Source of the DNA: Anaeramoeba ignava BMAN
Lineage: Eukaryota; Protista; Anaeramoebae
Assembly (NCBI GenBank): GCA_028826165.1
Contig: JAPDFW010000072.1
Location: 248,001 to 312,000 of the forward strand
DNA: 64,000 nt
Reading direction: 5' to 3'
In this document: piece after piece, positions 48,900 through 59,582 of the stretch
How positions within the stretch are numbered: the stretch's first letter is position 1
Layout of the letters: every line of letters begins with the position of its first letter
Program-made: the position numbers and the translations under genes
The notes under the pieces: generated by a model
Told to the model about the DNA's origin: nothing
Seen by the model: only the letters and a program-made list of their open reading frames with translations
The model's database searches: none

Positions 48900-51800
48900 T
48901 CAATTAACATCAAGTTTAATCGATTCAGGATTTTGATTTTTCCATTTTGTTTGAAGTTTCAAAAGAGAATTAAGAACCTTTTTGATAACAAGTCTTTTTT
49001 CAGGATCACCATCCCAACAACTTTGAATAATATCAGCAAAAGGATTATCAGGCGAAAGAAAAGGACGAATACCTGATATAATCATAGATGGTATTTGCAT
49101 TGGTGTCTCGTTTTGGAAAGGAATTTGCAAAGTTGAAATTTCATATAAAATCATGCCAAAGGAAAAAATATCAACAGGAAATGAAAAGTCTTGTGATTGG
49201 AGAAATTCGGGAGCCATCCAATAAAAATCACGTGTATTTGAAAAATCTTGTGTAGAAATACTTTGTGTTGTAAACATCCCAAAATTCCCTAACTTGACTT
49301 TCTTTTTTCTGTCTAGAAAAATATTTTGATCACGAATTGATTGATGAATAATCTTTTTTGTATGAAGATACATTATTCCTTGTGCAATTTCTAATGCGAT
49401 TCTAACTTGTTCCACACGCGAAGGTTTTTGATTCAAAACAAAGAGATAATTATATATACTTTTTCTTGGATAAAATTCATTAACAACCCAGAACTCTGGA
49501 TAATTCAAACTCACTCCGAAAAAATTAATTATATTTTCATGATTGATTCCTTGTAAAATTTTGATTTGATCAATGAATTTATTAAGTTCATCCATTTTCA
49601 TTTTTCGGATATTATGAACACCTATTGCTACTTCTTGTGATTTCCATTTCCCATAATTTACAAGTCCATAAACCTTTTTTCCAAGGCATGATTTAACAGA
49701 TATTTCTTCTTTTGGAATCCATTTTTTTTGAATTTTTTCTTCAATTAATTTGATTTTTTTCATTGCTTTATTATTCTCTTTTTGATCTTGGTTAGTATCA
49801 TTAAAAAGGGAATCTTTGCCAAAGATACTTGAAATTTCTTTTTCTAATCTTTCTTTTCTAATCTTTCTTTTTCCAATCTTTCTTTTTCTAATCTTTCTTG
49901 TTCCAATCTTAAATTTTCCAATCTTTCTTGTTCTAATCTTAAAATTTCCAATCTTTCTTTTTCCAATCTTTCTTGTTCTAATCTTTCTTTTTCTAATCTT
50001 TCTTTTTCTAATCTTTCTTTTTCTAATCTTTCTTTTTCTAATCTTTCTTTTTCTAATATTTCTTTTCTAATCTTTCTTTTTCTAATCTTTCTTTTTCTAA
50101 TCTTTCTTTTTCTAATCTTTCTTTTTCTAATCTTTCTTTTTCTAATCTTAAATTTTCTAATCTTTCTTGTTCTAATCTTTCTTGTTCTAATCTTAAATTT
50201 TCTAATCTTTCTTTTTCTAATTTTTGATCTGTGAAATTACTAATTAAGTTTGCTATTTCTCTATACTCTTTTTTATTAGCAATTTCTAATGCTGTTAGAT
50301 TCTATTTTTAAATAAAAAAAATATTTATTCTTTATATCCTATTTTTGTTTTTTTGAAAATTTATTATTTACTTTCTAAAAAAAAAAAAGAAGAATAAATT
50401 CATTTCATTTTTATTCAATTTTATTTTGAAAAGAAATTTACAGACTAAAAATAAAATAATGAATAATTATGAATCTCAATAAATCAAGAAAATTAATAAA
50501 TACACTCTAAAAAATCAAAAAAAAAATGATACTTAATTATTTTATTCCAATTAAAAAAAAAATTATTTTACAAACTAGAAAGAAAGAAATGAATATAAAA
50601 ATATTTTAATTTTAAATTAAAAAATTTCAAATAAATTCATACTTCACAAGTTATATTTTTATTTGCTCCTCCATTTAATAATTGAGATACACACTCTAAT
50701 CTTCCATTAATAGAAGCAATATGGAGAGGTGTATAACCCTTTATTTAGAAAACAAAATAATTCCTTTAAATTTTATAATCTAAAAAATTTACTTAATTTT
50801 AATCAATAAAACAAACATCCTTAAATAAATGAAAAAAAATTAAAACATTTTTGATAGAAAAGAAATTAATTAATCACATCTTAAAAAATATTTTTTTTTT
50901 ATTGAGAAAAAAAAAGATAATTTAAATTACATGATTTTTTAAATCAGCCGATGCTCCTTTTGATATTAAATATTCTATTAAATTTGAGTGACCATGTTGA
51001 CTAACAATATGAAGAGAAGAATTTCCCTATTAAATAATAAAAAAAGGGATAATATTCTTAAAAAAATAATCGAAAAATTCAAAATTGTTTTTTTTGAATT
51101 TTACTTTCTAAAAATAAAAATAAATTTAAATTTAAATTTGAATTTAAATATTTCCTTTCTAATTAAATTTACATTATCTAAACAATTAACATCTGCTCCT
51201 TTTTCAACAAGTAATTGAGCTACTTTAATACTTCCTTTATCACATGCTAAAATTAAAGGATATGATCCCTATGAAAATAAAAATATCAATATCAAAATAT
51301 ATATATCAATATCAAAATATATATTTACAGAATTATGAGTGTCAACATCTGCATTTTTATTTAATAATAAAGAAATTATTTCTAAATCATCAATTAAAAT
51401 GGCAACTTCTAATGGTGTGTGTTTCTTATTTTAATTAATTTTTTTTTAAAAAAAAAAAGAAGTAAATAAATTTCAAAAATCAATTTTGATTTTTGTTCAT
51501 TTTACAGACTTAATTTGAAATGAATTAGTGAAAAAAAAATTATCAAAATTAAAACAATTCCTTCTTCCCTTTTTTTTGATTTGATTTGATTTGATTTGAT
51601 TTGAAATTATACTTTGTTTAAATGGTTTAAATCTGCTTTATGAATAAGTAATGTTCTAACAGTATCTAAATTTTTATTTTGACAAGCAAGATGTAAAGGA
51701 GTATCACTCTAAATTTAATTAAAATAGAAAAAAGAAATCATCCATTTATTTTTTCTCTATTTTTTAATTTCATCTTCTCATTTCTAATAAAATAATTACG

Positions 51801-53485
51801 TTCTTAAAATATTTATTATTAATAATTTTTTTTTTAATTTCTAATTTAAATCAATAAAATACATTATCAACAACATTAATATTAGCACCATTTAAAATAA
51901 TTTTCTCAACAAGATCCACAAATCCTTTTTTTGCTGCTAAATGCAAAGGATAAAGATTCTTGAGAATTTAAGAGAAAAGATTTCATTGTTCAAAAAAATT
52001 ATTCAGTTAAAAAAAAAAAGCAATTCAAAACTAAAAATTTTACTTGCTGGAAAAAAAATGAATGAGTTTTTTTTTTATTTTATAAATATCAAATCAATAC
52101 ATTATTAGGTTGATTTAGAGAACCTCCTTTCGATATTACTAAATTTACACATTCAGGACTTGAAGAATATAAAGCAAGATGAATAGCAGAATTTCCCTGA
52201 AATTAAATTAAATTAAATTATTAAAAATACTTTCAACTTCAAAAAAAAACAAAATTACTTCCTATTTCAAAAAAAATTGATAAATATTTATCATTTATTT
52301 GTTTGTTTTTGATTTAATTGATAATTTACTTTGTTTTTATTATCAATATTTTTGGTTTTTTGAATAAGAATTTCCGCCATTTGTAAATTTCCTCTCCAAC
52401 AAGCAATTTGTAAAGCAGTATTTCCCTATAAAAAAAACATTGTGTAATTTAAGAAAAAAAATGAATAACAATCAAAAACTTTGATTTTCTAAATTAAAAA
52501 TTTACTAACTATTTTTTAGAAAATGAATTTAGTTTTTTTTTTTTTTGGATCATTTTCAAAAAGAAAAGAATATAAATTACATTATTTCTTTTATCAATAT
52601 TATTAATATATTTCATTAATAATTCAACAATTTCAATGTGTTGACTCCATGTTGCATAATGAAGAGGAGTCATTCCCTAAATAAAAGAACCAATTTCCAA
52701 AATAAATTAATTAATTAAAAAACAAAAAAAAAGCAAACAATATTTTTAAATTGATTTACAAACTAAAAAATCAATTAATTTTATTAAAGAATTTTTTCAT
52801 TTATTAAATTGATTTATTTTTTTACTTTATTTTGAGTATTTGAAATTGCTTTAGATTTTAATAATAATTCCACAATTTTAATATTTCCGTTAATACAAGC
52901 TAAATGAAGAGGAGTATCATTCTAATATAATTATAATTGATTAATCAAAAAATTTTTTTAATTATAAATTCATAAATTATTTTACAGTCTATTTTATTAT
53001 TATTTTTTTTTAAAAATTTTTCAAAATGAATAAAAAAAGGAATTTTGTTTATTTTGTTTTTGCTTTTTCTTTCAAACTTTATCTTTTGCATTTATTGGAG
53101 CTTTTTCTTGAATAAATTTTTCAACAACATTAAAATCTCCATTTTGACAAGCAATATGAAATATTGTAGTTCCCTTTTTTTAATTTTAATTTTATTTATA
53201 ATTTTAATTTATAATTTTAATTTTAATTTATAATTTTAATTTTAATTTTATTTTTAATTTTATTTTAATTTTAATTTTAATTTATTTATAATTTTATTTT
53301 TAATTTTATTTTACAAACTAAAAAGTAAAAATTTTAATTATAAAAAAATTTTGTTTTTTTAAAATTATTTGCTTTCTTTTTACTTGATTTGTTGTTTTGA
53401 AATTAATTTCCTTATTCCAATATAAATCATAAACTGCTGGATTTCTTTTTTTACAAGTATCTAAAATTGTTAAATTATTTCCCAT
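48900..53485 (-). CDS. Ankyrin-repeat / coiled-coil / TKL-like pseudokinase with 14 single-codon micro-exons
   Basis: Exon 1 53384-53485 (MGNNLT..). Eleven 96-nt phase-0 ANK exons: 53078-53173, 52826-52921, 52581-52676, 52330-52425, 52101-52196, 51863-51958, 51613-51708, 51329-51424, 51173-51268, 50931-51026, 50643-50738. Last exon 48900-50301 carries (ERLEK)n with two 1-nt homopolymer deletions and the kinase fold ([20 protein letters not shown]). Confidence 0.88.
50372..53317 (-). other. Set of 14 three-nucleotide micro-exons (AG|NNN|GT)
   Basis: 53315-53317 TTT; 52986-52988 ACT; 52760-52762 TTT; 52506-52508 TTA; 52259-52261 GAA; 52044-52046 CAA; 51800-51802 AAC; 51506-51508 TCT; 51105-51107 AAA; 50817-50819 GAT; 50572-50574 TTT; 50504-50506 AGT; 50442-50444 TCT; 50372-50374 AAA. 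Flanking introns are 54-141 nt. Confidence 0.85.
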
Positions 53486-53589
53486 TTTTAATAAAAATAA
53501 AAAATAAATGAAAAAAATGAAAAAAAAAAGCAAAAATGATTTTTCATTTTTTTATTTTTTTCTCTTTTTTCTTTTTCTTTATTAATTAA
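53486..53589. promoter_or_regulatory. Bidirectional promoter region (ANK-pseudokinase / Rictor) with initiator-like motif in both orientations
   Basis: ATGAAAAAAATGAAAA at 53508-53524 and TTTTTCATTTTT near 53540. Confidence 0.5.
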
Positions 53590-56500
53590 ATGATTCATCA
53601 AGATTTTTTAAATAAAACAAAAGGAAAAGAACAAGAAAAAGGAAATACAGGTAAAAATTTAAATTTAAATTTAAATTTAAATTTAAAATAAAAATTTAAA
53701 ATAAAAATTTAAATAAATAATAATTTTTCAAAATTGAAAACAAAAAGAAACATTAAAGTATTTAAGATTATTTCTTCCGTTGAGAGACTCAAGCATTTCT
53801 GATGAGAAAAAATTAGAAATTCTGAATGAAATTGTGAAAATAAGTGAAGAAATAACAAGTTTCTTAGCACAAAATGAAGAAATATTATCATCAGTTTTAA
53901 AAACATTACGATTATGTATTACACAAAAGCACACAATAATCCGAGCAGCAGCATTGAGAACACTTCGGTTTTGCATCACAACAGAGAAAGCACTCTTTTT
54001 AATAATCCAGCATCACATTGACATTTTTGTGATTCGATCATTGGAATTTTATCCCGATTTAGAAATGGAAAGAATTCAAGCACTGAAATTAATATGGCAT
54101 TGCTTACAAATTTCTCCGCAGAATCTTCCTCGATCATTTGTTCAATCTCTTGTTTCGATAAGTGAATTTCCTGAAGATACACTGCGAAAATCATGCATCG
54201 GAGTTTTGTGTGAAATTGGAATGAAAAATCCTCAACTTCTTGCTTTATCTCGTGGTGTTTTAACTCTTGCTAGGAGTTCTATTGATCCAAGTCTTAAAGA
54301 TTATCAGAAAATTATTGTTGAAACTCTTACGTTTTTATTGAATGATTTTTCAACTAGACAATTTGTTAGTCAAAAAGAATTGAATATTATTTTATCCCCT
54401 TTTACTTCTGTTTATTCAAAAAATGTCCCAAAGGATAAACTGGAAATTTGTAAAGCTAGTCGAAAGGCTATTGATTTGTTTATGAAGGATTGGTCTGGTT
54501 TCTTTTTTATTGCTTCTAATTCTCATGGTTTGGGTGGTTTTCTTCAAGCTTTAAAATTACCTGCAAGAAAAATTAAGGTTTTTTTTCCTCAAAATCCATT
54601 TTAACAATTTTAAATGAATTTAAAACCAAAATCAATTTAAATTCAATTTAAAATCAAAATCAATTTAAAATTAATTTAAAATCAAAATCAAAATAAATTT
54701 AAAATCAAAATCAATTTAAAATCAAAATCAATTTAAAATCAAAATCAATTTAAAATCAATTTAAAATCAATTTAAAATCAATTTAAAATTAAAATCAATT
54801 TAAAATTAAAATCAATTTAAAATCAAAATCAATTCAAAATCAATTTAAAATAAATTTAAAATCAAAATCAATTTAAAATTAAAATCAATTTAAAATCAAT
54901 TTAAAATTAATTTAAAATCAATTTAAAATCAAAATCAATTTAAAATAAATTTAAAATCAAATTAAAATCAATTTAAAATCAAAATCAATTTAAAATTAAA
55001 TCAATTTAAAATCAAATCAATTTAAAATCAAAATCAATTTAAAATCAAAATCAATTTAAAATCAAAATCAATTTAAAATCAATTTAAAATCAATTTAAAA
55101 TAAATTTAAAATCAAAATCAATTTAAAATTAATTTAAAATCAAAATCAATTTAAAATCAATTTAAAATCAATTTAAAATCAAAATCAATTTAAAATCAAA
55201 ATCAATTTAAAACCAAATCAATTTAAAATTAAAATCAATTTAAAATTAAAATCAATTTAAAATCAATTTAAAATCAAATCAATTTAAAATTAAAATCAAT
55301 TTAAAATTAAAATCAATTTAAAATCAATTTAAAATTAATTTAAAATCAAAATCAATTTAAAATCAATTTAAAATCAAAATCAATTTAAAATAAATTTTTA
55401 GACAATTGCTTTGAAAACTTTATACGATATTTTTAGATATACAATTCCAAAAAAGAAAACTGATAAAGATAAAGAAAAACAAAAACCTAAAAATGAATCA
55501 GAAACAGCAACACCTTCTGAAGTTTGGGATAACATTGATAGATATTTACCACCAACACCAAATTTACGACATAATTTATTGAATAATTATTTTGCAATTT
55601 TATTTGTAGCTTTTAAAGAAGTTGGATTAATTGAAGTAGATTTATATTTAATTCAAAAATATATTTAATTCAATATAAATATTTAATTCAAAAAATATAT
55701 TTAATTCAATATAAATATTTAATTCAAATAAATATATTTAATTCAAAATAAATATTTAATCCAAAATAAATATTTAATTTAAAATAAATATTTAATTCAA
55801 AAAAATAAATATTTAATTCATAATAAATATTTAATTCAAATAAATATTTAATTCAAAATAAATAATATTTAATTCAAAATATATAATTTAAAATAAATAT
55901 TTAATTCAAAATAAATATATTTAATTCAAAATAAATATTTAATTTAAAATAAATATTTAATTTAAAATAAATATTTAATTTAAAATAAATATTTAATTCA
56001 AAATAAATATTTAATTCAAAATAAATATTTAATTCAAAATAAATATTTAATTCAAAATAAATATTTAATTCAAAATATATTTAATTCAAATAAATATATT
56101 TAATTCAAAATAAATATTTAATTCAAAATAAATATTTAATTCAAAATAAATATTTAATTCAAAATAAATATTTAATTCAAAATAATATATTTAATTCAAA
56201 ATAAATATTTGTTTATTTGTTTATTTATTTTAGACTTTAATTGAAGTCGGAAAGGAATCAAACCATTATTCATCAGTTTTAGCTACAAAACTTCTTGGTG
56301 AATTACTTCATAAATCAAATGAACTTCTTGCAACACATCATTGTGCACTTTTACATTCACTTCCAGATTTATTCAAAAGTGCATCAAACTTTTCACATTC
56401 TCCTTCTGTAAGGGTAAGAGCAAATTTCATGTTGAACTCATTGGATCGATATGCAAGAACAAAAAAAACAAAAAGAAAAGAAGAATTTCACATTTCTTTA

Positions 56501-58825
56501 CTTAAATCATATGTAAATCGCTGGGAAACAGAAAATCAACTATTGAAAATCCAGCGACAAATTGAAAAGTCAACAGCAGATCAAGATTTTGAAATTCTAT
56601 TGAAAGAATCAAAAGTGATTTTATATAACGATGCCAAAAAATGGGATTTCCAAGTTATATCAGGATTTTTGGAAGGGATTATTAACAATCCAAAAAGAAT
56701 TGAAGCTTGTATTAAAAATAAGTTTTTCAAAAGATTATTGAAATTTTATCAACCCACAAAAAAGCAATTCTCAGAAATGCCACATAATTCATCGAATATT
56801 TTTTATGTTCGTGTTGGATGCCGACTTCTTGAGGTGCTTCTTTCAACCAAGGAAGGATATGACTTCCTCAAAGCAAACAATACTATTACTGAGATTGCAA
56901 GTGGATTAAGAATGGAAATTCAAGGAAAAACAGGAGAAACAACAGAACAAACATTTCGTTTTTTCCATCCTGCAAATATTAGCAAAACTTTGAGTGGAGA
57001 ATATTTGACTTTTCTTGGAGTTTTATCAACACATCCAAAAGGAATGGAACTTTTACTCAATTTGGATATTTTATTATATGTTCAAGCGTTTACAGAAATG
57101 CTTGGAAGGGAAGAAATTGCAAGAATAGTTATATCATCACTTGATTATACCAAACCAAATTCAAAAGCTCGAGAAATTCTTGAAAGAGCTTTGATTCAAG
57201 GGTCAAAATTATCCCGAATTTATTCAACAAAACATTTGCAGGTTCTTTTTAGAGTTGGAGTAGAAGATTTTCATTCTTGGGCAATTAAATTACTAGTTGG
57301 GCAATTAAAAGATTCGGATGAAAATGTCAGAATGGTTGCTATTGATGTTTTGGATGAGTGTTGTGCTGATAATATTAAGTGTTTGGATTCTTTAATTGAT
57401 TGTCATCCTTCTGAATTGGATGAAATGGGTGAACAAGGAAAAACATTATTAATTCGTTTTTTGTCAAGACAAAATGGTATTCAATTTTTGAAAGAAATTG
57501 GTTTTATTGGAAGAGAACTTAAGCAATGGATTGAAGTGAAAAGTCTTCAATATACAAAGAATATTGAAAACGCAATATTTGAAGTGTTTCATGTTTCTCC
57601 CACGATAAATATATCTGAGTACAAAATTACTTTTAAAAATTATATTTCATTTAAAAATATTTAAAAATTCATTTCATTTAAATTTAAAATTTGTTTTGTT
57701 AGATTCAAAAAAAAAGTTCAAACAAAAATTCCAGGTCTTTCTCCAACAGAAATACCATTACCAAGGCATTTATTTGGAGAACTTGTGCAAACCGAAGATG
57801 GAATCAACACTTTATTCAGCACAAAAATAGTAGAAACAATCATCAACCGATTGAAAACAAAATCGGAAAATCATTTACAAATCCGGTCTGATTTATGGGC
57901 AATTGGAAATATTGGTTCAAGTGAACTTTCATTTTTAAAACTAAAGGAATACAAGATTTCAGAGTTGATTTTAAACGTTATGAAAGAATCAAGAAGAGTT
58001 TCAATTCGAGCAACTTGTTTTTTTGTTTTTGGATTGTTTTCCTTACATTCATTAGGAAGAAAAGAACTTACTGAAATTGGATGGGAATTTCCATCAGATA
58101 TTTCATCAATGATTTCAACTCCAAATTCTCAACAATTAGAAAATTTCATTGCAATTCCTATTGAAAAATACGCGGGAATTTGGCCATCACAAATGCCAAT
58201 TGAACCGATGAATGAATATCTTAAAGACTCAAAAAGAACGCGAAAAATCATCAAAAATATCATCCATTTAAGCAATAGAATTATGGAAGAAAAAGCTATT
58301 GAGTTTTTTGGAAAGCACAAAAGAAAAACTGACTATTTTTCTTCTCCTCGTGCTTTTTATCACGCTTATATTTTGTTGGAAAATTATCACTACAGATTAG
58401 TCACAAGAAGAGTTATTCATCAAATATTTAGTCAATCCAAATTTTCAGAAGAAATTCTCGATAATTTACATAAACTCCCGGCAGAAAAAGAAGATGAAGA
58501 AAAAGAAAATAAGAAAAAGAACAAAAAGAATCAAGAACTTGAAATTGATGATATTTTACGATCTCTTTTTCAACCAAAAAAGAAAGAAGAACAAAAAATC
58601 AAAGAAGAACAAAAAGTTCAAGTTGTTCAAGAAAAAAAAGAAGTTCTTTATTCTCTTGAAACTCTTCGTACAAAACCTCTTCCTGATGGTGTTGATCCAA
58701 AATTTACTGAGAATTTCTTGAAACATGAAGATTTTGAAAGAGCTTTTGGTATGTCAAGACCAGCTTTTTTTAAACTACCAAAATGGAAACAACTTCATAA
58801 AAAAAAGGAAGCTAAATTAGTTTAA
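53590..58825 (+). CDS. RICTOR: Rictor/Pianissimo/Avo3 (TORC2 subunit) with C-terminal villin headpiece; exons 53590-53650, 53748-54577, 55402-55635, 56234-57618, 57703-58825
   Basis: RAAALRTLRF, ERIQALKLI, SRIYSTKHL, PRHLFGELVQTEDG, LWAIGNIGSS, SIRATCFFVFGLFS. C-terminus LPDGVDPKFTENFLKHEDFERAFGMSRPAFFKLPKWKQLHKKKEAKLV. Confidence 0.88.
54610..55395. repeat. (AAAATCAATTT/AAAATC)n satellite in Rictor intron 2
   Basis: Tandem units. Confidence 0.9.
55645..56210. repeat. 18-bp satellite (AAAATAAATATTTAATTC)n in Rictor intron 3
   Basis: Tandem units. Confidence 0.9.
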
Positions 58826-58829
58826 ATCA

Positions 58830-59335
58830 AAATGAAAATCAAAATTAAAATTAAAATTTATTATTAAAATTATTATTAAAATTTAAATTAAAATTTATTA
58901 TTAAAATTAAAATCAAAATTTAAATTAAAATTAAAATTAAAATTAAAAAAATTAAAATTAAAATTAAAATTAAAATTAAAATTAAAATTAAAATTAAAAT
59001 TAAAATTAAAATTAAAATTAAAATCAAAATTAAAATTAAAATTAAAATTAAAATTAAAATTAAAATTAAAATTAAAATTAAAATTAAAATTAAAATTAAA
59101 ATTTAAATTAAAATTTATTATTAAAATTAAAATCAAAATTAAAATTAAAATTAAAATTAAAATTAAATTTAAAATTAAAATTACAATTAAAAATTAAAAA
59201 TTTATTATTAAAATTAAATTTAAAATTAAAATTAAAATTAAAATCAAAATTAAAATTAAAATTAAAATTAAAATCAAAATTAAATTTAAAAATAAAATTA
59301 AAATTAAAATTAAAATTAAAATTAAAACTAAAATT
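58830..59335. repeat. (AAAATT)n microsatellite between convergent Rictor and riboflavin kinase
   Basis: Hexamer tandem repeat. Confidence 0.9.
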
Positions 59336-59582
59336 AAGGAAGAAAATGTTTTTTGTTCCACTTTTTTATTCCACTTTTTTTTTTTCTTTCAATTTAATTA
59401 AACAAAATTAAAAAAGAATTTAAATTGAAAAAAAAAAAGAATATTTTTGATTTTTATTTTTGAATTTTATCTATTTATTTTAAAATCAAAATGTTTAAGA
59501 AATTTAAAAGGAAAAAAAGAACATTTTTATTTCTAAATTTTTAATTTGAATTTTGATTGAAATTTTAATTGGAATTTTGATT

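Noticed and set aside
50876-50881. AG|AT|GT two-nucleotide candidate micro-exon
   Set aside because: It would break the frame and leave a very short intron; the in-frame GAT unit at 50817-50819 fits the ankyrin consensus.
50988-53233. Plus-strand ORFs 50988-51218, 51244-51438 and 53045-53233
   Set aside because: Antisense to the ankyrin exons and introns; no independent support.
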